A DNA stretch of 64,000 nucleotides. Origin: an uncultured delta proteobacterium. GTDB taxonomy: Bacteria > Desulfobacterota > Binatia > UBA9968. Shown here piece after piece: positions 21,318-30,601 of this stretch (within the stretch, counting starts at the first letter, position 1; the number at the start of each line of letters is the position of its first letter). The stretch is from assembly GCA_963804165.1 (NCBI GenBank), contig CAWDPO010000014.1:99918-163917 (forward strand), written 5' to 3'. The notes below the pieces were generated by a model. The model was not told where the DNA came from, did not search any database, and saw only the letters and a list, made by a program, of their open reading frames with translations. Made by a program: the position numbers and the translations under genes.

Positions 21318-21387
21318 TTCCTAAACGCGTTCCAGGCGTTCAAGCAATGCTCGGTCAATCCGAGGGATAACATTTCGTTTGTTTGCT

Positions 21388-22479
21388 ATGGCGCAGCCCG
21401 TTCTCGAATTTCGCGAAGTCGTGAAACGTTTTGGTGTCGTCCATGCCGTCGACGGTGTAAATTTTACAATTCAGCGCGGTGAGGTTTTTACTTTGCTAGG
21501 TCCGTCCGGCTGCGGCAAGACGACCACGCTGCGCTTGGTGGCGGGATTGGAAGAGCCCGACGGCGGTGAGATTGATATCGACGGAAAAATCGTCGCGGCA
21601 CCGCAACGGGGAGTATTTCTCCCACCTGAAAAGCGCCAGCTCGGAATGGTGTTTCAGTCCTACGCGATCTGGCCGCACCTGTCAGTTTTCGAGAACGTGG
21701 CGTTTCCGCTACGGGTGCGGCGTGAATCCACCCAGTTAATCCGACAACGGGTCGATCATGCGCTGGAGAGCGTCGGCCTCGGTGGCTTTGCCGAGCGTGG
21801 CGCGACGCAGCTTTCCGGCGGCCAACAGCAGCGTGTCGCGCTGGCACGGGCGCTCGTGTACGAGCCCGCCCTTTTGCTACTCGATGAGCCGCTTTCGAAT
21901 CTCGACGCCAAGCTGCGCGAGCAGATGCGCGTCGAGATTCGCGCGCTGCAACGAAAGCTCGGCCTGACGGTCCTGTATGTAACCCACGACCAGGCCGAAG
22001 CGATGACGTTATCGGACCGGATCGCGGTGGTCCAGCGCGGCCGGTTCGAGCAGGTCGGCACGCCAGAGGAAGTATACGAGAATCCGACAACGCTGTTTGT
22101 CGCCGAATTTTTGGGACGCACGGTCAGTCTCGAAGGGACAATATCCCGAAACCACACGGGCTGCTGGGTCGAATTTTTGCCGGGCGCTGCACGGAGCGCG
22201 TTGTCCAGCGCAGCGGCCGAATCTCTCTCCCATGGATCCAAGGTAAGGGTGCTCACCCGACCGGAAGATGTCGAGATTCTCGATGGCGGCGAGCTGACAG
22301 CGAATCAACTTGCGGCAACCATCGAGCAAGTCGCTTATCTGGGCGAACGTTTCGAATATCATGTGCGCGCAGCTGGCGTGTTGTTTGTCTTATCGGCGCC
22401 CAAGAAGCAGCGCTTTCGGCCGGGCGATGCGGTGCGTCTCTCGCTCGATCCCAGTCGTCTTCATTTTCGGCCGCGTTAA
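21388..22479 (+). CDS. ABC transporter ATP-binding protein (FbpC/PotA-like)
   Basis: GPSGCGKT, LSGGQQQR, LLLDEPLSNLD, VTHDQ. Confidence 0.95.
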   Translation: MAQPVLEFREVVKRFGVVHAVDGVNFTIQRGEVFTLLGPSGCGKTTTLRLVAGLEEPDGGEIDIDGKIVAAPQRGVFLPPEKRQLGMVFQSYAIWPHLSVFENVAFPLRVRRESTQLIRQRVDHALESVGLGGFAERGATQLSGGQQQRVALARALVYEPALLLLDEPLSNLDAKLREQMRVEIRALQRKLGLTVLYVTHDQAEAMTLSDRIAVVQRGRFEQVGTPEEVYENPTTLFVAEFLGRTVSLEGTISRNHTGCWVEFLPGAARSALSSAAAESLSHGSKVRVLTRPEDVEILDGGELTANQLAATIEQVAYLGERFEYHVRAAGVLFVLSAPKKQRFRPGDAVRLSLDPSRLHFRPR

Positions 22480-22482
22480 ACC

Positions 22483-24210
22483 GTGATGAAATCGCCGAGC
22501 GCTACTCTTTCACTACCGAGACTCCGCCTGCGGCCTATTCGTTTGGCGGAATTTGGCTTCCTGGTTTTTCTTGTCGTGGCGATGGGGTTACCGCTGTTGT
22601 TTTTGCTCAGCGGCAGTTTCAATCTGGCAGCGCCGGGGAAACCGCCGATTTACGGTTTCGCCAACTGGCAGGGGGCTTTCACCGACGCAGGCACGCTGAG
22701 CGCTCTGTGGATGAGTTTTTTGCTTTCGGTCGTGCGTTTGATCCCGGCGATGATTCTCTCTGTGGTTTTTGCCTGGCTCATCGCGCGCACCGATATGCCC
22801 GGCGGCAGGTTCATCGAGTCGGCCTGTTGGATCGCTTACTTTGTCCCGGATTTTCCGCTGGTGCTGGCCTGGATCCTATTGCTCGATCCCAATTTCGGCT
22901 TTCTTAATTCGCTCGCCAAGAGCTTGCCCTTCGTCGACGGGCCGCTTTTCAACCCCTATGGTTTCTGGGGCATCGTTTGGGTGCATACCTCGACGGGCGG
23001 CATCTGGTTCAAAGTCATGCTGCTGGTTCCCGTGTTCCGCCGCCTGGGGGCGACGCTGGAAGAGGCGGCGCGGGTCGCCGGCGCCAATACCACAGCGATG
23101 CTTTGGCGCATTACCCTACCGGTCTTGTCGCCGATGATTCTCGCCGTCGCCGTGCTGAGCTTTATCCGCGGCCTGCAGTCCTTCAACACCGAGCTTTTGC
23201 TCGGCACTCCCGTGGGAATTTACGTCTACTCGACCAAGATTTACGATTACTTGCAGCGCGAGCCGCGCGGCTATGGCGAAGCCACGGCACTGGGCTCGGT
23301 ATTTCTATTCGTGCTGGCGATTCTGCTCTTTTTCTACTGGCGCTATTTAAGCGGCAATAAGAGATTCACCGTGGTTACCGGCCAAGGATATTCGACTCTG
23401 CGCGTGAAGCTCGGCAGGTGGCGCTATGCCGCCTTGGCAGGATGTCTGCTTTACGTTGCAGTGATGATGCTTGTGCCTCTGGCGTTCTTAGTGATCGGTT
23501 CTTTTATGCGGCGCTATGGTTTTTTCAACATCGCGGCGCCGTTTACTCTAAATCATTGGCACAATTTGCTCGCTGACCCGATCTTTCTCGTCGCGCTCAA
23601 GAACAGTTTGATCATCGCCAGCGTAACCGCCATCGGCGGTATCCTGCTCTATTCAGCGCTCGCTTATTTGTTGGTTTCCCGACGCACGATCACCGCTCCC
23701 GTACTAGAAAGTCTCTGTTGGATTCCTCATGTGCTGCCAGGGATACTCTTGAGTCTGGGCGTCCTGTGGCTTTTCCTGGCGACGCCGCTGCGTTTTTTTC
23801 TCTACGGCACGGTTTGGGGCATCGCTTTCGCACTGATTTTGGCCGACAGCCCGGTGACAACCCAGGCGTTCAAGGCAGGGTTATTACAATTAGGCGCCGA
23901 CCTGGAAGAATCGGCGCGTGTGAGCGGCGCTTCATGGGCCTATGCTTACCGCCGCATTCTATTGCCGCTGTTGGCACCGATCGCCGCCGCGGTCGGCTTG
24001 ATGAACTTCGGCAGCGCCTTGACCAGCATCAGCACACCTGTGTTACTTTACAGCCACCAGTCGCGGCCGCTGGCCATCTTACTACTGGAATATAGCTTTA
24101 CCGGCGAGCTGGAACGGGCCGCGGCCCTCGGTTTGTTAATTACTCTGATTATCGGGACGATGATGCTGGTCGCTAGAAAACTGGGATTGCAATTATCCGG
24201 GAGTGATTAG
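22483..24210 (+). CDS. ABC transporter permease with two domains (FbpB-like)
   Basis: Highly hydrophobic, two EAA loops (LEEAARVAGA, LEESARVSGA). Confidence 0.92.
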   Translation: MMKSPSATLSLPRLRLRPIRLAEFGFLVFLVVAMGLPLLFLLSGSFNLAAPGKPPIYGFANWQGAFTDAGTLSALWMSFLLSVVRLIPAMILSVVFAWLIARTDMPGGRFIESACWIAYFVPDFPLVLAWILLLDPNFGFLNSLAKSLPFVDGPLFNPYGFWGIVWVHTSTGGIWFKVMLLVPVFRRLGATLEEAARVAGANTTAMLWRITLPVLSPMILAVAVLSFIRGLQSFNTELLLGTPVGIYVYSTKIYDYLQREPRGYGEATALGSVFLFVLAILLFFYWRYLSGNKRFTVVTGQGYSTLRVKLGRWRYAALAGCLLYVAVMMLVPLAFLVIGSFMRRYGFFNIAAPFTLNHWHNLLADPIFLVALKNSLIIASVTAIGGILLYSALAYLLVSRRTITAPVLESLCWIPHVLPGILLSLGVLWLFLATPLRFFLYGTVWGIAFALILADSPVTTQAFKAGLLQLGADLEESARVSGASWAYAYRRILLPLLAPIAAAVGLMNFGSALTSISTPVLLYSHQSRPLAILLLEYSFTGELERAAALGLLITLIIGTMMLVARKLGLQLSGSD

Positions 24211-24247
24211 GGCAGGATTTCATTCCGATTCCTTTAGGAGAGCATAG

Positions 24248-25339
24248 ATGAAACCAGTACTCATGCTCGCGTTCGTGCTTGTTGGGTCTACCACCGCGTG
24301 GGCCCAGACCAAGGCGAGCGAAAAAGAATGGGCCGCGGTCATTGAAGCCGCCAAGAAAGAGGGCAAGATCGTCGTTGCCGGTTCTCCCGACCCGGTGATG
24401 CGCAACGACGTGATCCCCAAATTCACCGCGCGCTTTGGCATTCCAGTGGAATTCGTTGCGGGACGTTCAAGCCAAATTGTTTCGCGTGTGCAGACCGAAC
24501 GGGGTTCAGGCATTTACAGCATCGACGTTTATCTTGCCGGCCCCGACACCAGCGCGAACGAACTCTACAACGACAAGTTGATCGACCCGCTGAGACCCTT
24601 GATCGTCATGCCGGAAGTGGCCGATGGCTCGAAATGGAAAACCGGCAAAGTTTGGTTCGCTGATCCGCAGGAACAATTCATCGTGCGCGCGTTCAACAGC
24701 GTGGCGACGTGGCTCTTCATCAATACGGATCATGTCAAACCCGAGGAGGTGCGCCACGTCAAGGATCTGATCCATCCCAAGTGGCGCGGCAAGATTTCCA
24801 CCGAAGATCCGACGACGACCGGCGCGGGCGCCAACATGGCAGCGCGCCTGTACTTTCAAGTCGGCGAAGAGTATGTGAAGAATCTTTACGTCGACCAAAA
24901 AACCGTGCGCACCCGCGAACGCCGCCAGATGACCGATTGGCTGGCGCGCGGCACGCAGCCGATTTGTCTCAACTGCCGAGAAGACGATGTCCGGCCGCTG
25001 GTCAAAGACGGGTTTAAGATCCTAGAAATATTTGAATTCAGCGGCGTCCCGAGCACAATCAACGGTTCGCCGTGGATGTTATCCTTGGCCAACAGGGCGC
25101 CGCACCCAAAGGCGGCTCAAGTTTTCGCCAACTGGATTCTTTCCAAGGAAGGGCTGGAGACCTACGCGAGAGGTTACGGGTCGGCGACTCTCCGCACGGA
25201 CATCGATGAATCATTTCTCAATCCCGGCAATGTGCCGAAGAAGGGCGTTAAATATTTCGACGACACGGAATGGAAATGGATCGTCACCGGGCGCCATGAG
25301 AATCGGGATAAAGTATGGCAACTCTTGAAGGCGCGCTAA
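24248..25339 (+). CDS. ABC extracellular solute-binding protein (FbpA/AfuA-like)
   Basis: Signal peptide, AAKKEGKIVV, PKWRGKI, APHPKAAQVFANWILSKEG. Confidence 0.9.
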   Translation: MKPVLMLAFVLVGSTTAWAQTKASEKEWAAVIEAAKKEGKIVVAGSPDPVMRNDVIPKFTARFGIPVEFVAGRSSQIVSRVQTERGSGIYSIDVYLAGPDTSANELYNDKLIDPLRPLIVMPEVADGSKWKTGKVWFADPQEQFIVRAFNSVATWLFINTDHVKPEEVRHVKDLIHPKWRGKISTEDPTTTGAGANMAARLYFQVGEEYVKNLYVDQKTVRTRERRQMTDWLARGTQPICLNCREDDVRPLVKDGFKILEIFEFSGVPSTINGSPWMLSLANRAPHPKAAQVFANWILSKEGLETYARGYGSATLRTDIDESFLNPGNVPKKGVKYFDDTEWKWIVTGRHENRDKVWQLLKAR

Positions 25340-25346
25340 GCGCGCG

Positions 25347-25460
25347 GTTCAATTCGTTCAAGCCGTTCAGAACGTTTCAGTTGTGTAAACATCTCGGGGA
25401 AACAATTGAACGGGGCCTTCGGAAAATCAACGGTTTGAACGGATTGAACGTTTTGAACGA
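25347..25460. repeat. Inverted arrays of 9-bp GTTCAA / TTGAAC repeats
   Basis: GTTCA(A/G) at 25347, 25356 and 25365; TTGAAC at 25406, 25435, 25444 and 25453. Confidence 0.8.
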
Positions 25461-25492
25461 TAGATATCAACAGTAAGAAAGGCAGGAAGGTC

Positions 25493-26431
25493 ATGGCTAC
25501 AAAGAAAAAAATCAGAATCTACTATCGGGCGCCGAGTCACGTGCCGCTGTGGAAAGTGATGGAGGAAGGCGGGTTTTTGGAGAAGCACGGCTTGGAAATG
25601 GAAATGGGCTCGCTCGAGGGACAGCGCAAGCGCGCGGCTGAAGGACTTAAGGCGGGCGACCTCGACGTGGTGTCGGGCAACCACCATAATTTATATGCGC
25701 GCAAGGCGCTCTACGGCGATCCTTACGTGCACATCGCGCAGAGCAACAACGCCTGGCGGGAAGATTATCTCGTCTGCGGCAAGGGCGTTAATGGCTTGGC
25801 CGATTTAAAGAGCAAACGCGTGGCGATGGATGATTACGACGGCCACACCGGATTGAATGTCTGGCTGTACCTCAAGCAGCACGGGCTGGAAGAAGGACGG
25901 GATGTCGAACTGGTGACCGATCCCGTCAAAGGCGCCGATCGCGCCAAAGCGGTGGTGGACGGCAAATACGACGCGACTTTCATTCGCGCCGTCGATCGAC
26001 TGCGCGCGCTTAAATTCGGCGCGAAGATTATCGAGGTACCGCCGATGGCGATGATCGAGGGAGTGACACTCACGACGACGACCACGTATGTGAGTCAGCA
26101 TGAAGAGGAGTGCCGATCACTGATCATGGCGCTGATTGACGGCATTCATTTTTTCAAAACCAAGAAGGCCGACACCCTCACTATTATCAAAAAACATTGC
26201 TCGCAGCTGCTCAAGATGCACGACGACGAAGAGTGGAACTGTTTCTATGACACCCAGTCCGAATCGCTGGAGAAAGCGCCGTATCCGTCCATCGAGGCCA
26301 TCCAAAATGTCTTCGCTCTCGGCGTGAAACGCGATCCGGAGATCAAGGAATTCAACCCCTTGGCGTTGTGGGACCTGCACTACGTTAAAGAGATAGATGA
26401 CAGCGGTTACATTCGTCGTTTGTACGCGTAA
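25493..26431 (+). CDS. SsuA/NMT1-fold protein without a signal peptide
   Basis: GFLEKHGLE, DLKSKRVA, C-terminal WDLHYVKEIDDSGYI; no hydrophobic N-terminus; distant paralogue of 41440-42339. Confidence 0.75.
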   Translation: MATKKKIRIYYRAPSHVPLWKVMEEGGFLEKHGLEMEMGSLEGQRKRAAEGLKAGDLDVVSGNHHNLYARKALYGDPYVHIAQSNNAWREDYLVCGKGVNGLADLKSKRVAMDDYDGHTGLNVWLYLKQHGLEEGRDVELVTDPVKGADRAKAVVDGKYDATFIRAVDRLRALKFGAKIIEVPPMAMIEGVTLTTTTTYVSQHEEECRSLIMALIDGIHFFKTKKADTLTIIKKHCSQLLKMHDDEEWNCFYDTQSESLEKAPYPSIEAIQNVFALGVKRDPEIKEFNPLALWDLHYVKEIDDSGYIRRLYA

Positions 26432-26464
26432 CAAACCTGGCAAGAAAGCGAATAGGATTCCAAG

Positions 26465-27538
26465 ATGTCCACGAGCACGAACCCGCAACCGATCAATCTT
26501 TTTGAATTCGAAGAAATTGCCAGACAACGTCTACCCAAAGAGGAGTACGACTATATCGCCGGCGGCGCCACCGATGAGATCAGCGTCGATCGGAATCGCC
26601 GGGCCTTTGCTTCTTGGGCCCTTCGGCCGCGCGTGTTGCGCGATGTGAGTGCGTTGGATTTGTCCACAACGGTGCTTGGCACGAAGGTGAACTTGCCGGT
26701 GTTGATCGCACCGTGTGGTGGCCACAAGCGCGCGCACCCCGAGGGCGAGGTCGCCACCTATCGCGCCGCGACCGCCTGCGGCACCGTCTTTGCCGTTAGC
26801 GCTAATTCAAATACATCCTTCGAAGATTTGGCGAAAGCTGCGCGCGGCCATCTTTGGGTGCAGCTCTATCCGTTCCGCGATAAGGCCATGACTCAAGACT
26901 GGTTGGATCGGGCAAAAGACGCGGGGTTCGAAGCGGCCATTGTCACACTCGACTCGCAGTGGCCGCCCAAGCGCGAGCGCAATATTCGCAACAACTATCG
27001 CCGCACGCGCGGCGTGAACTACCCTAAGGCCAACGGGGAGACACCGAGACCCGCTGGCAGAGCCGGTGAAGGATCCGATCCTGCAGCGACATGGAAAGAT
27101 TTGGAATGGATCAAATCGGCAACCGAGCTTCCGGTTGTCGCCAAGGGCGTGTTGACGGGCGAGGATGTCGAGCTTTGCGCCGAAGTCGGCGCCGACGGCG
27201 TCATCGTTTCCAATCACGGCGGCCGTCACTTGGACAACACTCTGGCGACGATCGAAGTTTTGTCCGAGGCCGTCGCCGCGGCCAAGGGTAAATTGGAAAT
27301 CTATCTCGACGGCGGCATCCGGCGCGGCGCCGATGTCGTCAAAGCACTTGCTATGGGCGCCAAAGCCGTCTTCATCGGCCGGCCGCTCTTTTGGGGTCTC
27401 GCCGTCGACGGTGAAAAAGGCGTGGTTCGCGTATTAGACATTCTGCGCGAGGAAATCGAGATCACGATGGCGAAGTGCGGCCGGCCGACCGTTTCCGCCA
27501 TCGATTCTACGGTGGTGGCCAAGGCACCCCGGCTGTAG
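26465..27538 (+). CDS. FMN-dependent alpha-hydroxy acid oxidase/dehydrogenase
   Basis: YIAGGA.DE, LRPRVLRDV, SNHGGRHLD, DGGIRRGADV.KALA. Confidence 0.93.
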   Translation: MSTSTNPQPINLFEFEEIARQRLPKEEYDYIAGGATDEISVDRNRRAFASWALRPRVLRDVSALDLSTTVLGTKVNLPVLIAPCGGHKRAHPEGEVATYRAATACGTVFAVSANSNTSFEDLAKAARGHLWVQLYPFRDKAMTQDWLDRAKDAGFEAAIVTLDSQWPPKRERNIRNNYRRTRGVNYPKANGETPRPAGRAGEGSDPAATWKDLEWIKSATELPVVAKGVLTGEDVELCAEVGADGVIVSNHGGRHLDNTLATIEVLSEAVAAAKGKLEIYLDGGIRRGADVVKALAMGAKAVFIGRPLFWGLAVDGEKGVVRVLDILREEIEITMAKCGRPTVSAIDSTVVAKAPRL

Positions 27539-27593
27539 GTAACTCCTCGGTGTTAAGCCAGGGCTTATCTTTCAATGGTGTTGGCCGGCTTTG

Positions 27594-28967
27594 ATGGACA
27601 AGGTCACTGGAAAATTAGCTGAATACGCTTCGTCCGCGCGCTACGAAGACCTACGCGACGGCACTGTGCATGCCGCGATCCAGCGGCTAATCGATTCTCT
27701 TGCCTGCGCGCTCGGCGCCTACGATTGCGAACCTGCGCAAATCGGCCGGCGACTCGCCATCGGGCAGACGGCGGGGAAGTATCCCGGCCGGGTGCTCTGC
27801 TATGGTGACATTTTGCCGGCGGAATCCGCCACGTTCATTAACGCGGCGATGATCCGCAATCTCGACTTCAACGACCGCTATCCCGGTGGGCATCCGAGCG
27901 ATTGTCTGGGCGCGCTATTGGCTTTGGCGGGCGCGACAAAGCTCGACGGTAAACGCCTGCTTACGAGCATGATCGTCGTTTACGAAATTTTTGCACGCTT
28001 GAGCGACGCGACAATGCTCAGCCGGCACGGTTGGGATCAAGGTTATGCCATCGGCATCGCCACCGCAGCGGGAGTCTGTAATCTGTTGAAACTTTCGGTC
28101 GATACGACCGCGCACGCCGTCGGTATTGCCGCCACGTCGAATTTGCCGCTGCGTGTGACGCGCTCGGGAGAGCTTACACCGTGGAAAAACGTCGCGACGG
28201 CCTACGCCGCGCGCAACGGATTGTTCGCCGCCCTGCTTGCGGCGGAGGGCATGAGCGGACCCGGCAGCGCGTTCGAGGGACGAAACGGGCTGTGGGAAAA
28301 AGTCACCGGCCCGTTCGACCTGGCGCTGTTTCCTGATCAAGGCGGCGCGTACCTGACACCCAGGGTTCAGTTGAAGTACTGGCCGATCGAAACCAATGGC
28401 CAGCCCGCGGTTTGGGCGGCGCTTGAGCTGCGCGCAAAAACAAAACCGGACGAGATCAAAGCAATAGAAGTTTTTACTTCCAAGTTCACTTGGTTCGAGA
28501 TCGGCAGCGAGCCGGAAAAGTGGAATCCCAAAACGCGCGAGACGGCGGACCACAGTCTACCCTATATTTTCGCGCGAGCGCTAGTCGGCGGACCGATTCG
28601 CGTATCCTCATTCAATGACGCATCCGTGCTTGATCCGGCGCTGCGGCCGCTAATGCAAAAGATTAGAGTAATCCCGGACGATGCCATCGAAGCTTTGCTG
28701 CCGGGAAAAACATTAATTCGGGTCGTTGCTACGACGAACGACGGCATACGACATTCCGTCGAAGTGGAAAATCCCCTGGGCCATCCCGACAATCCGATGC
28801 AGGACCGCGACATCGAGGAAAAATTCTTGGCGCTCGCCGAGCCCGTGATCGGCAACGTTCGCGGCCGGACCGCGCTCGACCGCTGGTGGCAAGTCGAAAA
28901 GGCCGAAGATGTCAGCGCGCTGATGCAGCTGCTGGACGTCGGCGTGGCGGCGCAGACACACCTCTGA
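27594..28967 (+). CDS. MmgE/PrpD family protein (2-methylcitrate dehydratase-like)
   Basis: RNLDFND, GHPSD, RSGELTPWK, ETADHSLPY, GHPDNP. Confidence 0.9.
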   Translation: MDKVTGKLAEYASSARYEDLRDGTVHAAIQRLIDSLACALGAYDCEPAQIGRRLAIGQTAGKYPGRVLCYGDILPAESATFINAAMIRNLDFNDRYPGGHPSDCLGALLALAGATKLDGKRLLTSMIVVYEIFARLSDATMLSRHGWDQGYAIGIATAAGVCNLLKLSVDTTAHAVGIAATSNLPLRVTRSGELTPWKNVATAYAARNGLFAALLAAEGMSGPGSAFEGRNGLWEKVTGPFDLALFPDQGGAYLTPRVQLKYWPIETNGQPAVWAALELRAKTKPDEIKAIEVFTSKFTWFEIGSEPEKWNPKTRETADHSLPYIFARALVGGPIRVSSFNDASVLDPALRPLMQKIRVIPDDAIEALLPGKTLIRVVATTNDGIRHSVEVENPLGHPDNPMQDRDIEEKFLALAEPVIGNVRGRTALDRWWQVEKAEDVSALMQLLDVGVAAQTHL

Positions 28968-29052
28968 ACTGGAAACAGAGCAGCGAAAAGACTTTTCGTT
29001 CAGTTCATCGCGTGCGGCGGCTCCAACAAACATTACCGAAGTGAATCATTCG

Positions 29053-30507
29053 ATGGAAGAAATCCAAATCGTCGATACGACTCTACGCGACGGCGACATT
29101 AGCCTCTGGGCCTATGGCATGACCACCGGCATGATGCTGCCGGCGTTGCGCCACATGGACGAGGCGGGTTTCGATTCCATGGAGTTTTTCTTGAGCCTGC
29201 GCTTCAAGAAATTCGTTCGCGAGCACAAGGAAGATCCCTGGGATTGGCTGCGTCTCGGCACCAAGGAAATCAAGAACACCCGGCTGCGCTATCACGGGGG
29301 GCTGCACAGCGGCTTTGAGTTCATTCCCGAGTGCATCCGACGGCTGGTGATTCAAACCGTCGCTAGCTATGGCATCGATCTGACCCGGACGTCGAACGCA
29401 TGGAACAACTTCGAGTTGTTGGGCAATGAAGCCATCGAGCTTAAAAAACTCGGCATGGATACGGTGATAAATCTGATTTACTCGATCTCGCCGCGCCACA
29501 CCGACGAGTATTACGTGCAAAAGGCGCGCGACGCGGCGACATTGCGACCTTACCGGATATGCTTCAAAGACGTCGGCGGTATGTTGACGCCGGACCGCAC
29601 GCGCGACTTGGTCGGCCTTATCAAGCAAAACATCGGCGACATTCCGCTCGAATTTCACGCTCACTGCAACAACGGCTTGGCGCCGTTCAATTTACTCGAA
29701 GCGGTGAAGCAAGGGGTACGCATCGTCCACACGGCGATCCCGCCGCTCGCCAACGGGTCGTCCCAGCCGTCGGTGTTCAACGTCGTCAACAACCTGCACG
29801 CTCTCGGATACCAGCTGCTGGTCGACGTCGATGCGCTGGCGCCCGTGTGCGAGCACTTCTCCTGGATCGCCAAGTGCGAAGGGCTGCCGGTCGGGGCGCC
29901 CCGCGAATTCGATCAAGCTTGGTACGGTCACCAGGTGCCCGGTGGAATGATTTCCAATCTGCGCCACCAGCTTAGGCTCATGGGCAAGGAAGAGAAGTTA
30001 CAAGAAGTACTGGAAGAAACGGCGCAGGTGCGCGCCGAGCTCGGCTACCCGATCATGGTCACGCCGTTTGCGCAGTTCGTCGGCAGCCAGGCGGCGATCA
30101 ACGTGATCGTGGGCGAGCGCTATAAAGAAGTGACGGACCAGGTGATTCAGTACACGCTGGGACTGTGGGGCAAGGAAGGCAGCGATCATATGGACCCGGC
30201 GATCAAAGCCAAAATTTTGGATCGCCACCGCGCGCGAGAGATCGAAAAGACAGAATACCCCGAGCCGACTCTCGATGAAGTGCGAAGACAATACGGCGGA
30301 GCGCATTTGTCGGACGAAGAGCTGGTGTTGCGCTATTACGCCGGACCGGAGTTCGTCGACGCTCTTAAACAGGCGCCGCCGCGAAAAGAATATTACGCCG
30401 CTGCCACGCCGCTTCTTCGGTTGGTCGAAGACCTTGGCAAAAAGAAGCTGGGTCGCGTGTATATTCGTAAAGGCGATTTCTCGCTGACGATGCAACGGCG
30501 CCAATAA
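29053..30507 (+). CDS. Carboxyltransferase-domain protein (pyruvate carboxylase B / oxaloacetate decarboxylase alpha-like) without a biotin-carrier domain
   Basis: DTTLRDG, EDPW, KDVGG, HAHCNNG, HQVPGGMISN, GYPIMVTPFAQFVG; ends without an AMKM domain. Confidence 0.88.
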   Translation: MEEIQIVDTTLRDGDISLWAYGMTTGMMLPALRHMDEAGFDSMEFFLSLRFKKFVREHKEDPWDWLRLGTKEIKNTRLRYHGGLHSGFEFIPECIRRLVIQTVASYGIDLTRTSNAWNNFELLGNEAIELKKLGMDTVINLIYSISPRHTDEYYVQKARDAATLRPYRICFKDVGGMLTPDRTRDLVGLIKQNIGDIPLEFHAHCNNGLAPFNLLEAVKQGVRIVHTAIPPLANGSSQPSVFNVVNNLHALGYQLLVDVDALAPVCEHFSWIAKCEGLPVGAPREFDQAWYGHQVPGGMISNLRHQLRLMGKEEKLQEVLEETAQVRAELGYPIMVTPFAQFVGSQAAINVIVGERYKEVTDQVIQYTLGLWGKEGSDHMDPAIKAKILDRHRAREIEKTEYPEPTLDEVRRQYGGAHLSDEELVLRYYAGPEFVDALKQAPPRKEYYAAATPLLRLVEDLGKKKLGRVYIRKGDFSLTMQRRQ

Positions 30508-30601
30508 ACGCAGGGCACACCGCGCGGTGCCCCCAGACAATAGACTGCTCGTGCGACACGACCGATCGGCGGATCGCCCTCTCTATTCTATCTGCGCTGC
30601 A

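Noticed and set aside
25347-25460. CRISPR array
   Set aside because: Repeat units are 6 bp at a 9-bp period; there are no 25-40-bp repeats with unique spacers and no cas genes.
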